From contig JAVJNR010000004.1 in the NCBI GenBank assembly GCA_040217195.1, positions 960,001 through 1,024,000 of the forward strand: 64,000 nt of DNA, in the 5' to 3' direction. Made by a program: the position numbers and the translations under genes. Source of the DNA: Leptospiraceae bacterium (GTDB lineage Bacteria > Spirochaetota > Leptospiria > Leptospirales > Leptonemataceae). The notes under the pieces are model-generated. The model saw only the letters and a program-made list of their open reading frames with translations, ran no database searches and was not told where the DNA came from. Positions 1 through 9,891 of the stretch are shown here, in pieces. How positions within the stretch are numbered: position 1 is the stretch's first letter; every line of letters begins with the position of its first letter.

Positions 1-194
<194 letters not shown>

Positions 195-599
195 CTACCA
201 GATTCGTTTAAATTCTTCGCGTAGTCCAATCTTATGCACCTGAAAGACCACTCCCCAGTATTCCTCATTAATGGGATCAACACGAACTACTCGACCGTAA
301 TTGTTAATGATCGCTTCCAGCTTCACCTTACCGTTGTAAGTGGGGTAGCGAGGCAGAAATGGTTCTCGGGTAATCAATTCCATGGCACGGATGCGGCCTT
401 TTTTCAGACCGTTGACCTGCGCCTCCTGGCGAGTACCGGCAAAGATTTGCATGTACACCTGATAGGTATTGCTGGAGATCATTCCAGATCGCTTGAACTC
501 AGGTGGCATTTCCTGAAGTTCACGTAGAGTATCTTCAGTGGAGGTGCAAGAGCCAGCCAGAAAGCAGACAAGCAGGAGGGATGTTCTTAAGGACTTCAT
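195..599 (-). CDS. Hypothetical lipoprotein
   Basis: Signal peptide ending FLAGSC; ATGA overlap with the upstream gene; 6 bp from gltX. Confidence 0.75.
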   Translation of the reverse strand: MKSLRTSLLLVCFLAGSCTSTEDTLRELQEMPPEFKRSGMISSNTYQVYMQIFAGTRQEAQVNGLKKGRIRAMELITREPFLPRYPTYNGKVKLEAIINNYGRVVRVDPINEEYWGVVFQVHKIGLREEFKRIW

Positions 600-1171
600 G
601 GGAATAATGGGGAATGAATCGCCTCATTCCCGGTGTTGGTTTTATCGGTTCGCTTCTGCCAGGTACGCTCATAGCTTTCCGGGCGAAAGCTCAATTCAAT
701 AGATTCAATCTCTTCGATCAGATCCGCATCACGAATTCGAAAGACTACGGTGCAAACATTACCGTCGCTGGTATCCTGTAAAGCAATGTAGCCCTTCTGT
801 AGAATTGGTGCAAAGTCAATGGTGGCTAGAAAGAGGTCCCGGTCCGAAAATTGTACCGGATAATCCTGATCAAAGCTTGCCCGGTTGCCGGTAACCGGCA
901 CAGGCGGGATACTAAGTCGAGTGTGCAGAAATATCCGCGCCATTCTGAACTGCGCTTTTTCCAGAGCTTTTTGTGCACAGATCCTATCTCGCTGCACCTT
1001 GCCTGCATCTGCAGTGGATTGCGATTTTCCCAGTGTCTGTACAATATCGGAAGCGAGGTACCCTTCCTCTTCCAGATTGTAGAGAGCGTACCGTTTATAG
1101 AGTACATCCGAGGGTTCCCAGAATTGACAGCCAGAACCGGCCAATGCCAGCAGTAGCATCAGATGAGACAA
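596..1171 (-). CDS. Hypothetical lipoprotein
   Basis: LLLALAGSGC lipobox-like signal. The likely start is TTG 1171 or ATG 1159 rather than 1303. Confidence 0.7.
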   Translation of the reverse strand: MSHLMLLLALAGSGCQFWEPSDVLYKRYALYNLEEEGYLASDIVQTLGKSQSTADAGKVQRDRICAQKALEKAQFRMARIFLHTRLSIPPVPVTGNRASFDQDYPVQFSDRDLFLATIDFAPILQKGYIALQDTSDGNVCTVVFRIRDADLIEEIESIELSFRPESYERTWQKRTDKTNTGNEAIHSPLFP

Positions 1172-1327
1172 TTTATATTTGAACCAGGTCCTGGACGGGT
1201 TCCATACCCCTGTCTGCAAGAGACTTGATTCAGCTTTCTCTCGGCTGGCCCATTGCCCGATTTTCATTCCATTTCTGGACTTGCGCACCCGGAAAGGCTG
1301 CAACCCTACCGCTGGGAAGCAAGCGAA

Positions 1328-2527
1328 TTATGCACGCCTTAAGAGTGTGACCAGTTCACTATGAGGAGTCCCAGGAAAGAAATCGAAGCAGTGCAGCTCA
1401 GCTATTTGGAAACCACCTTGCTGCAATATACCCAGGTCACGATTCAAAGTTTGCGGATTGCAAGAAGAATAGATGAGAAACTGAGAGGCGCTGCGCTGAA
1501 TCCACTGACAGAGCTTATCCTTGAGGCCCGCTCTGGGTGGATTGGCAATTAGAAGGGAATCTTTCCCCGGTGCAGGAAACTGTTGCGAAAGGTATTCAGC
1601 TACGTTAGCTCGATACAGATCTGTGGATCGAAATCGGGCTTTTAAACCGGCGGCCCGGAAGTTGGATTTTCCTTTTTCAATGGCCGGACCATGAGATTCA
1701 GCACCATAGAATATTGCCTCTTTTATTCCGGTCTTCTGGGCTCTTCGCAGCAATATTGCTGCGCCGATAAGTCCGGTTCCGCAAAAGAATTCATACACTG
1801 CATCCAGATCCGAACCGGGCAAATCATTTCGGACACGAAGAGCCATATCGCTCAGAGTTTTCAGCCATGAAGAAAACAGAAACCTGTTCGACTGAGCGAA
1901 CCCCTGGGCTGGCATTCTCCAGGAAAAATCCACATCTGGTAGAGAGATAGATCGTGCATCTTTGTTTGCATCCGAGTCAGCGGTGAGCCGATCATTAAAT
2001 ACCAGATCTGGCCGGGAGCCGATCATCTTATTTAAAGCAGGCGATAGGTTTCTGCATCCACCTGCCGGAAGGGACACCACATCATTTGTATGTAATGCAA
2101 AAAAGCCTCGTCTGCCATTCTGTTCATGTAGGCGAACCTGGTTCCGGTATTCATTTCTGGGCCCGGAATGTACCTTTAAATCAGAAAGATAAGGTGCCAG
2201 AAACTTATGTTCCTGCAGCAAGGAAAGTTTAAGACCAAGCTCTTCTTCGTAGGATATATGGCGAAAACTGCATCCTCCGCAGGCCGGAAACACTAAACAG
2301 TCCGATTCCACTCGATTGGAGGCAGGCAATAAGACCTTTCGCACTACCGCAAAAGAATGCTGCGCCCTCATCTTGACGATCTCGGCCTGTACCGTCTCCC
2401 CTGGAAGTGCTCCATGCACAAATATGGTGTTGCCGTTATGATGTGACAGAGTCAGTCCATTCTGGACCCATTTATCGATTTTCAATTCCACCAGTCCATC
2501 AGTGGCTGCTTCGTCGGTTGATTTCAT
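1328..2527 (-). CDS. TRAM-domain RNA (uracil-5)-methyltransferase, RlmD/TrmA family
   Basis: N-terminal TRAM-like segment, Fe-S motif CxxFxxCGGC, SAM-binding EFFCGTG, NPPRAG, catalytic SCNP, FDFFPGTPHSE. Confidence 0.9.
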   Translation of the reverse strand: MKSTDEAATDGLVELKIDKWVQNGLTLSHHNGNTIFVHGALPGETVQAEIVKMRAQHSFAVVRKVLLPASNRVESDCLVFPACGGCSFRHISYEEELGLKLSLLQEHKFLAPYLSDLKVHSGPRNEYRNQVRLHEQNGRRGFFALHTNDVVSLPAGGCRNLSPALNKMIGSRPDLVFNDRLTADSDANKDARSISLPDVDFSWRMPAQGFAQSNRFLFSSWLKTLSDMALRVRNDLPGSDLDAVYEFFCGTGLIGAAILLRRAQKTGIKEAIFYGAESHGPAIEKGKSNFRAAGLKARFRSTDLYRANVAEYLSQQFPAPGKDSLLIANPPRAGLKDKLCQWIQRSASQFLIYSSCNPQTLNRDLGILQQGGFQIAELHCFDFFPGTPHSELVTLLRRA

Positions 2528-2637
2528 TTGTTTTTCTTTATCCGGTTTATTGCACCGACAACGCCAGGGTTAGCTGGATCGATGGAAATGATAGAATAAT
2601 AATAGGTGAGACTACTGGATCAAGATGGAAGGTTCAA

Positions 2638-2892
2638 TTAGAACAGAGCATCCTGCTCCTTTTCCGGGATGGGCTCAACGGTTACAGAACCATCTTCCTG
2701 CTTCTTTATCGTTTCCAATTTCTTTTCAGCTGTTTCCAGAATGGAGGTACAGATCTTCTTCAATTCCATTCCTTTTTCGTAGGCTTTGATAGAGTCATCC
2801 AGAGTTAATTCGCCGCTTTCGAGGTTTCGCGTAATCTCCTCCAGTTGCTGTAGAGCCTCCTCAAAGGATATGCTTTCTTTCTTTTTTGCCAT
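2638..2892 (-). CDS. xseB: Exodeoxyribonuclease VII small subunit
   Basis: SFEEALQQLEEITRNLESGELTLDDSIKAYEKG signature. Confidence 0.95.
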   Translation of the reverse strand: MAKKKESISFEEALQQLEEITRNLESGELTLDDSIKAYEKGMELKKICTSILETAEKKLETIKKQEDGSVTVEPIPEKEQDALF

Positions 2893-2918
2893 TGGGTTTC
2901 TCTCCGAAATTGTCGGGT

Positions 2919-4133
2919 CTAAATACCGTCTCCCAGAAATTCCATATACTCCGGATGATTTCCGGAAACCAGACGATGCACCAGGCCAGCCAATTCAGGC
3001 TCTGGCTTCTGTTTACGGCGGGCGAAGATTTTTTCGCAGTCCCCCAGGAATCGATCCGTTTCATAACGGCGACCGGTGAGTCCCCAGGATAGAGGATACA
3101 GATACTTGGGCGGGTGGCCTCCGAATACATTGCTGCCTGCATCCAGAACGGTTCCTGTATTTATCATCGTGCCGATGGCAGTCTTTACACAATCTCCCAG
3201 GATGGAGCCGAACTTGATCCGTCCGGTGGACACTTCGACTACTTCGCTTTCATAATCCGGGAATTGATCCACAGGTAGCTTCAGTCGAATTTCACCGTAG
3301 TTATTCTTTAGATCCGACGTTGTGGTAAGTGCACCCAGATTAACCCAGCTACCAATAATGCTGTGTCCCACAAATCCTTCATGGTGCTTGTTTGTAAAAT
3401 CACCCAGTATTGAGTTTTCTATTTCCCCGCCCAGGCGGCAGCCGGAACCGATTAGATTACCACCGGTTAGCCGCAAATTGTCCAGTCTGCAGCCGGGGCC
3501 GGCGTACACAGGGCCTTCCAGAAATGAAAATGCACTGATTTTCACATCTTCATTTAAGATGATCGGACCTTCTCTTGCATCCAGAACGACTCCGGGGCCA
3601 ATTTCGCAGGATGGATGAATCAGTAGGTTCCCTGGATTTCCCAGTACAGATACCTCATTGAGATGATAGTAAGGCCCGGATATCCATTGCCACATTTTTC
3701 CCGGGTCGGAGCTTACATTGCTGGCTCCAGAACTCCGAAGCAAATCCAGGTCCCTCTGTAGCGAGCCGGCCATGTCATCAAGAATGCGAAACAGAGAAAG
3801 GCTGGAAGAGGTGCGAATTTCAATACCCGACTTCTGCGAAAGTATCTGAATTTCTTTTTCCGGACGCCCTCGGTCCTGCGCTCCCAGATAAAGGGAATGC
3901 TCCGGCGGTAGACTCTGCAGAGCTCGGGCCCCAAGGGTGCGAGCGAAGACACTTTCCAATTCAGGATCTGGATGATAGTAGAACAGTTCGCTGGAAGGAT
4001 ATCCCAGCCGAATCCTCTCCAATTCAGTGAGAAGTCCGGTGCGAAATCGAAAAATACTCTGGAAACGGCTGAGCGGACGGTGCTCCAGGAGGCCCCGCTC
4101 AATTATTAGTATGTCCGGATTCTGGGATGGCAT
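2919..4133 (-). CDS. GlmU-related sugar nucleotidyl/acetyltransferase (alternative bacterial GlmU type)
   Basis: Hexapeptide repeats, NKHHEGFVGHSIIGSWVNLGALTTTSDLKNNY; directly downstream of glmS. Confidence 0.85.
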   Translation of the reverse strand: MPSQNPDILIIERGLLEHRPLSRFQSIFRFRTGLLTELERIRLGYPSSELFYYHPDPELESVFARTLGARALQSLPPEHSLYLGAQDRGRPEKEIQILSQKSGIEIRTSSSLSLFRILDDMAGSLQRDLDLLRSSGASNVSSDPGKMWQWISGPYYHLNEVSVLGNPGNLLIHPSCEIGPGVVLDAREGPIILNEDVKISAFSFLEGPVYAGPGCRLDNLRLTGGNLIGSGCRLGGEIENSILGDFTNKHHEGFVGHSIIGSWVNLGALTTTSDLKNNYGEIRLKLPVDQFPDYESEVVEVSTGRIKFGSILGDCVKTAIGTMINTGTVLDAGSNVFGGHPPKYLYPLSWGLTGRRYETDRFLGDCEKIFARRKQKPEPELAGLVHRLVSGNHPEYMEFLGDGI

Positions 4134-4153
4134 ACGGAATCAAATGATCCCGG

Positions 4154-5986
4154 TTACTCCACTGTGACGGACTTTGCCAGGTTTCTGGGCTGATCCGGTT
4201 CGCATCCCCTTTCCAGGGCCACATAGTAGGCCAGTAACTGCAACGGAATAACCGAGAGGATGGGAGTAAGGTAATCCGGACTGTCCGGTATGGTAAAGCA
4301 GAAATCCGACATGGCTGGAACTGTCTCATCCCCCTCGGTAACAATAGATAGTATCTTGCCTTTGCGAGTACGGACCTCTTCGATATTGGAAACCATCTTC
4401 TCATAAATCTCTGTTTTAGGAGCCAGACAGACCACCGGCACTTCATCGGTAATAAGAGCAATGGGGCCATGCTTGAATTCGCCACCGGCATATCCGGAAG
4501 CATGAATATAAGAAACTTCTTTCAGCTTTAATGCTCCTTCCAGCGCTGTCGGATGATTAAAATGACGACCCAGAAATACAAAGTCCTTGGTAGTTCTGAA
4601 CTGACGGGCCATCTCCTTGATCTCATCTGCTTTTGCGAGAATGGCCTCAATCTTTGAAGGAATCATCCGAATTTCCTGGAACATCTCCTGGCGATCTTCC
4701 TTTTCGGTTAGCCATCGGATTCCTGACATCATCAGTGAGAAGAATAACAGGTGCATCAATTGAGCAGTGTAGGCCTTGGTAGAAGCCACTCCTATCTCAG
4801 GACCACCCATGAGATCAATATGTGCATCGGATTCATGCGCAATTGTAGATTCCGTACGATTCACAAGAGACAGTACCTTGCAAAATTTCGCCTTTGCCTC
4901 ATGGACTCCGGCCAGTGTATCTGCAGTCTCCCCGCTTTGAGAAATGGCCATAACCAGGGTATCCCCTTCCGCGATAGGGTTCCTGTATCGAAATTCGGAT
5001 GAGATGTCTACTTCTGTGGCAATTCTTGCAAATCGCTCCAGATAGATCTTACCCACCATGCCTGCATGCCAGGAAGTGCCGGCGCTGGTTACCAGGATAC
5101 GACCTACCCGCCCAAAAAAATCATTGGGCATTTGCATTTCATCAAATCGAATTTTGCCCTTTTCATCCATTCTTCGCTCAATGATTCGGCGAAGCATATC
5201 TGGCTGCTCGTAGATTTCTTTGAGCATGAAGTGATCATAGCCACCTTTATCAAGCTCACTAACCTGCATGGTAATGGTGGTGGTTTCGAAGGTTACTTCT
5301 GCACCGTCTGCATCGTATAAATGCATTCCATCTTTATCGATCCAGCCCCACTGGCCATTTTCGATTATATACTGCTCTTTTGCCTGAGGGATTACTGCCA
5401 GGATATCGCTGGCCAGAAAGGTCTCTCCAGCGCCCTGGCCAAATACTAACGGCGATCCATCCCGAGCAAAGAAAACTGTGTCCGGGAATTCATCATGAAC
5501 CAGGCAGAAGGAATACCGACCTTCCAGGCGGACAACTGAGGTTCGAATGGCTTCTTTCAAATCTCCTGTCTTTTTCCATTCTTCCTCTATCAAATGAGGA
5601 ATGACCTCGGTGTCCGTATCCGTATGAAAGAGATGCCCCTTTGCGATAAGCTCATTTCGTAGAATATGATGATTTTCGATAATGCCGTTGTGAACCAGAG
5701 CCATCCGGTTCTTGCAATCTGTGTGGGGATGGGCATTTACCTTGCTTGGTTGACCATGAGTGGCCCAACGAGTATGACCTATTCCGGCCGGTCCCTCAAT
5801 GGGATAGAGCTTCAGTAGATCTTCCAGCTCTTTGATCTTTCCTTTCTCTTTGCGAACTTCCAGTTCACCCTTATCAATGGCAGCAATGCCAGCTGAATCA
5901 TAGCCTCTATACTCAAGTCGGGTAAGTCCCACTAGAAGCACTGAATGTACTGATTTTGGGCCAGCATAAGCCACGATTCCACACAT
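4154..5986 (-). CDS. glmS: Glutamine--fructose-6-phosphate transaminase
   Basis: MCGIV, LEYRGYDSAG, GHTRWATHG, SQSGETADT, C-terminal PRNLAKSVTVE. Confidence 0.99.
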   Translation of the reverse strand: MCGIVAYAGPKSVHSVLLVGLTRLEYRGYDSAGIAAIDKGELEVRKEKGKIKELEDLLKLYPIEGPAGIGHTRWATHGQPSKVNAHPHTDCKNRMALVHNGIIENHHILRNELIAKGHLFHTDTDTEVIPHLIEEEWKKTGDLKEAIRTSVVRLEGRYSFCLVHDEFPDTVFFARDGSPLVFGQGAGETFLASDILAVIPQAKEQYIIENGQWGWIDKDGMHLYDADGAEVTFETTTITMQVSELDKGGYDHFMLKEIYEQPDMLRRIIERRMDEKGKIRFDEMQMPNDFFGRVGRILVTSAGTSWHAGMVGKIYLERFARIATEVDISSEFRYRNPIAEGDTLVMAISQSGETADTLAGVHEAKAKFCKVLSLVNRTESTIAHESDAHIDLMGGPEIGVASTKAYTAQLMHLLFFSLMMSGIRWLTEKEDRQEMFQEIRMIPSKIEAILAKADEIKEMARQFRTTKDFVFLGRHFNHPTALEGALKLKEVSYIHASGYAGGEFKHGPIALITDEVPVVCLAPKTEIYEKMVSNIEEVRTRKGKILSIVTEGDETVPAMSDFCFTIPDSPDYLTPILSVIPLQLLAYYVALERGCEPDQPRNLAKSVTVE

Positions 5987-6026
5987 GCCTGGCAGATTTT
6001 GACTACCAGATTTCGAAGCAAGTAGG

Positions 6027-6047
6027 AAAGGGCCGGAAATCCGGCCC
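6027..6047 (-). terminator. Probable intrinsic terminator of the 6112-6504 gene
   Basis: GGGCCGG-ATTT-CCGGCCC followed by TTT on the minus strand. Confidence 0.5.
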
Positions 6048-6111
6048 GATTTGGCTTAACATTATTTGTGTAAGCGAACTGGTACAGTGTAGCGTTTTGG
6101 ATACAGTGCTT

Positions 6112-6504
6112 TCAGACAGCTTTTGAAATGCTCAAATCGATGAAGCTACCCGGACGGTTCGCATTGGCCCGATTGCCCAGGTTTGCCAAACTGGAAATCA
6201 GCATAATCAAACCGGTAAAGAATGCAATCTTCGCGGCGGATCTGAGGTTGCGAAATCGTTTTCCAATCATGAATAATAGAGTCACTATACCAGCGAAAAT
6301 AAACGGTGCCAGAAATAGGCCCGAATAATATCCGATGGTGGATGCCCGATTCCCGGTGTAGTCAGAGGAATTGGCTGCAAATGAAAGAAACCCTGCCAGA
6401 AATAGAATGATCAGAGCTCCAATAATCCAGAGCACCGTTCCGGCCGTGGATTTTTCAGGTTCTTGATACACTGGTTCTTCTTTCAATTCGTTGTTCTCGC
6501 CCAT
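6112..6504 (-). CDS. Hypothetical membrane protein (about 3 TM helices)
   Basis: Three hydrophobic segments; likely start MGENNE at 6504. Confidence 0.7.
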   Translation of the reverse strand: MGENNELKEEPVYQEPEKSTAGTVLWIIGALIILFLAGFLSFAANSSDYTGNRASTIGYYSGLFLAPFIFAGIVTLLFMIGKRFRNLRSAAKIAFFTGLIMLISSLANLGNRANANRPGSFIDLSISKAV

Positions 6505-6614
6505 AGTAATTTCCAGAGTCTCAGATTTACTGTACATTTCGCAGGCAGGTCAATTATTTTTCAACCTTAACAGTTCTGCAGTAACTATGGGTTTTCCTAT
6601 CGAATCCACAAGGA

Positions 6615-7055
6615 TCACTCCGACGTGTGATTTTTCAGCTCGCAATCTATCATCCAATTGATTCCATACCGATCGCGAAAGTTTCCAAAGAGACTACCCC
6701 AGAACATTTCCTGAAGCTCCATTTCGATTTGCCCTCCCTCGGAAAGTGTTCCATAGATTCTTCTGGCTTGCTCTACATCGCTCAATGAAATGCAAATATG
6801 CTGATTATTTCCCTGCTCACATTTCTGTCCCATGGATTCCAGATTATCAGTACCCATTAGAATAAATGAATCTACAGGAAGAGAAATATGCATGATCTTA
6901 TCCAGATCTTCGGTGGGCACCGGAGCATCGCCATCTGCTGAAGGAATATCTCTGAATCTGATTAGATCCGAGAATTCGCCTCCAAATACTGACCGATAGA
7001 ATTGAAAGGCCTCCTCGGTCGTGCCGGGAAAATTTAAATAGGGATTTATTTTCAT
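6615..7055 (-). CDS. VOC/PhnB-like protein
   Basis: MKINPYLNFPGTTEEAFQFYRSVFGG...FWGSLFGNFRDRYGINW; AGGAG/GAGG RBS before ATG 7055. Confidence 0.9.
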   Translation of the reverse strand: MKINPYLNFPGTTEEAFQFYRSVFGGEFSDLIRFRDIPSADGDAPVPTEDLDKIMHISLPVDSFILMGTDNLESMGQKCEQGNNQHICISLSDVEQARRIYGTLSEGGQIEMELQEMFWGSLFGNFRDRYGINWMIDCELKNHTSE

Positions 7056-7170
7056 CCGCCTCTCCTGGCCAATTTTCTGACCTGGTTCCAGATTTGAGGT
7101 GCCTTGCACCAATCATTAGGAGGCTGCAGTCATTAAGAAACCTGTAAACTGAAATCCGCAGAGAGAACGG

Positions 7171-8619
7171 TTATTTTTTGCCCAGGGCCTTTCGCGCTGC
7201 TTCATGTAGAGTTTGCAGATCTGCAGCATTTCTACCTTCCACAATCAGTCGCACAATGGGCTCGGTATTGCTGGCCCTCAAATGAACCCAGCCTTCCGGA
7301 AAGCCCAGCCATAGACCATCCCTTTCATCCACGCTGGCTCCATGGCCCATTGCCTTTTTCAATTTGCGAAATGCTTCCGGAATTTTAGTTCGCTTCATTT
7401 CAATCTTTTCTTTTCGCATGTGAATTGCTGGCAGGTTCTGAAGCATACCATCCAGACTCGATATATTGAACTGAGCCATGGCAGATAGTATCCAGGCAGC
7501 ACCGGCCAGAGAGTCCCGGCCATAGGAGGGTAATGCAGGATCAATGACCCCTCCATTTCCTTCACCTCCAAAAACAGCCCTGGAGCTGAGCATGCTTTCC
7601 ACTACATTTGCTTCGCCCACCGGTGAGCGAGCGAAAGGTAAGCCTGCTTCCTGGGCAACAATGGATGTAAGCAAAGATGAGGACAGATTTACAACCACAC
7701 CATTTCGTTTTCCTCTGGCAGGACCTACCTTTCCTGTACGGCCAGATTTCAACGTTTGTACATATCCCATCAAGGCAAGCGGCAACGTGTATTCTTCATT
7801 GATTGCTCCGGCTATTGCAGTGCCTGGCACCAGGCGATCTGCATCCGGATCCAGGGCAAATCCTGCTGCCACTTTATCTTTCTGGCATAACTTCCCAAAT
7901 TCTTTCAGGGCAGCGGGCGTGGGCTCCGGAGGACGAGCAAAGCCCACCCGATCTTCGCAGTTCAACCGAATTACTTTGCATCCCAGGGCAGCCAGAAGAG
8001 CCGGCATGGCCTCTCGACCCGCCCCGTTCACCGCATCCACCACAACTCTATATTTCTTTTTACGAATCTGATTCACATTGGGAATTCGCTTCAGGATGGA
8101 ATTGATATGGAGTGAAACTCCATCGACTATTTCGGTCTCTCCCAGTTTTCCTGGACCCACCGTAGTATCCAGTTGCTGGGCCAGAGCCTCTTTCCAGGCC
8201 TGCAGTTCCCGAGAACCGAAGAAGAATCCACCCTTTTTTAGAAACTTAAGGCCATTCCATTGAATAGGATTATGCGACGCTGTTACAATTATTCCCGCCG
8301 ATGCTTTCTTCTGATTAACCACCGCTTTTACTGTAGGAGTGGGCGCCAGACCTGTATCCAGGACCTTCTTTCCGGACAGAGCCAGAATACCCTGAATTAG
8401 TTCGCGGATGGCCGGGCCAGAAGGCCGAGCATCGTTGCCCAGAACAATGACTCGATCCGTCATAGCGGCAAAGGACTGAATGAAACGAGCCAGATAATCC
8501 GGGCGAAACCCACCGGGAAGAGTTCCCCGAATTCCGGACACAGAGACCATTAGTTCTCCGGAGTCCACGGCCTTTTGAACCGTAGCAGGTAGAGCAATGT
8601 TCTTTTTGGATGCAGCCAT
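7171..8619 (-). CDS. glmM: Phosphoglucosamine mutase / phosphomannomutase family
   Basis: TASHNP phosphoserine loop, DPDADR metal loop, GGEGNGG, RASNTEP; clustered with glmS. Substrate is inferred from context and the start is estimated. Confidence 0.8.
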   Translation of the reverse strand: MAASKKNIALPATVQKAVDSGELMVSVSGIRGTLPGGFRPDYLARFIQSFAAMTDRVIVLGNDARPSGPAIRELIQGILALSGKKVLDTGLAPTPTVKAVVNQKKASAGIIVTASHNPIQWNGLKFLKKGGFFFGSRELQAWKEALAQQLDTTVGPGKLGETEIVDGVSLHINSILKRIPNVNQIRKKKYRVVVDAVNGAGREAMPALLAALGCKVIRLNCEDRVGFARPPEPTPAALKEFGKLCQKDKVAAGFALDPDADRLVPGTAIAGAINEEYTLPLALMGYVQTLKSGRTGKVGPARGKRNGVVVNLSSSLLTSIVAQEAGLPFARSPVGEANVVESMLSSRAVFGGEGNGGVIDPALPSYGRDSLAGAAWILSAMAQFNISSLDGMLQNLPAIHMRKEKIEMKRTKIPEAFRKLKKAMGHGASVDERDGLWLGFPEGWVHLRASNTEPIVRLIVEGRNAADLQTLHEAARKALGKK

Positions 8620-8782
8620 ATTGCATGCCTGCATTGCCATTCTGTATGTCCAGCCGTTACCGAAGCATTGTTCCCTGGATTGCAACGCGGCCATCATCTG
8701 GAATTGCTCCGTTCAGTGGTGTCTGTGAGGCCGCGGTCAATTTTACTCGACCGCACAGTAGCTGGAAAAATTCTATGCTCAG

Positions 8783-8866
<84 letters not shown>

Positions 8867-8888
8867 ATTCCTGCCCTTCTTTTAATCC

Positions 8889-9389
8889 ATGGATCCATTG
8901 CTGGACGAAAAAATCGTCATTACACTGGCGCGGGGATTCACTGAATTCATTCAAGAGAGTTTACAAATTCATGCTGTTCGAGAGGCCTACGGCCCTTCCA
9001 GGAATGAAGGTCTTTGCTATGAGGCTACGTCTTGCATCGGATTTGGCGGTGACATAGAAGGAAAATTGTATCTTTGTATGGATGGATACACCAAGCTTAA
9101 GATGCTGCCGGTAATATTCGAAAAGTTCGGAGTAAACCTGGGCGAAAAAGGCATGGCAGATTCCGTTTTGCTGGAATTCTCCAATCAGATAGCAAGTTCC
9201 ATTATTCAGGAGCTTCGCGATGCAGGGTACAATCTCACTCTGGAACCTCCGGAAAACCTGAATCATAAACTGGTATCTATTGATCTAAATACAAACAGGC
9301 AATATATACTGATTTTCTTTCTTCAAGACCGGAGAGGTCGAAAGTACATGGGTCGCTGCTATCTAGTTCTTACCCTAAAAAAATTCTAA
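8889..9389 (+). CDS. CheX-family chemotaxis phosphatase-like protein
   Basis: IGFGGDIEG and DSVLLEFSNQIAS (ExxN motif). Confidence 0.8.
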   Translation: MDPLLDEKIVITLARGFTEFIQESLQIHAVREAYGPSRNEGLCYEATSCIGFGGDIEGKLYLCMDGYTKLKMLPVIFEKFGVNLGEKGMADSVLLEFSNQIASSIIQELRDAGYNLTLEPPENLNHKLVSIDLNTNRQYILIFFLQDRRGRKYMGRCYLVLTLKKF

Positions 9390-9489
9390 TTGGCTTTGCT
9401 CTGTTATTGACTGATACATAGGCCGGGCTAACTTCCAGGCTTGGATAAATGCGAGGCAATTCGCATTTGCACCAACGGGGAGGTTTTCT

Positions 9490-9891
9490 ATGGATGATAT
9501 GACTCATCAGCTTGCAAAGAATCCTGTACATCTTGGACTTGGAGCCACAGCCGAAGTAGAGCCAGCAATCACGGGAATGGAATGGTATGCAGGTTACATA
9601 GAACGTCATAAAACGGACGGCAATGAAGGTCGTCTCGTCGCGGAACATACATTCAGCGAACCCTGGGACAGCTGGGAAATGCATCCTGAAGGCAGCGAAT
9701 TAGTCTACTGCATTCGCGGCGAAATTGATCTGATTCAAGAGGTTCCAGGAACTACTAGAAGGATTAAGCTCAGGTCCGGCGAATACGCCATCAACGAACC
9801 GGGGGTATGGCATACTGCAGATGTGACCGAAAGTTGTACCGTACTGTTTATTACATCCGGCCTGGGAACACAGCATAGACAGCGTACATGA
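9490..9891 (+). CDS. Cupin domain protein
   Basis: WEMHPEGSELVYCIRG and NEPGVWHTAD cupin motifs. Confidence 0.9.
   Translation: MDDMTHQLAKNPVHLGLGATAEVEPAITGMEWYAGYIERHKTDGNEGRLVAEHTFSEPWDSWEMHPEGSELVYCIRGEIDLIQEVPGTTRRIKLRSGEYAINEPGVWHTADVTESCTVLFITSGLGTQHRQRT

Noticed and set aside
5987..6111. glmS ribozyme
   Set aside because: A -35-like box lies 35 nt from the ATG, leaving no leader, and there is no ribozyme core motif.
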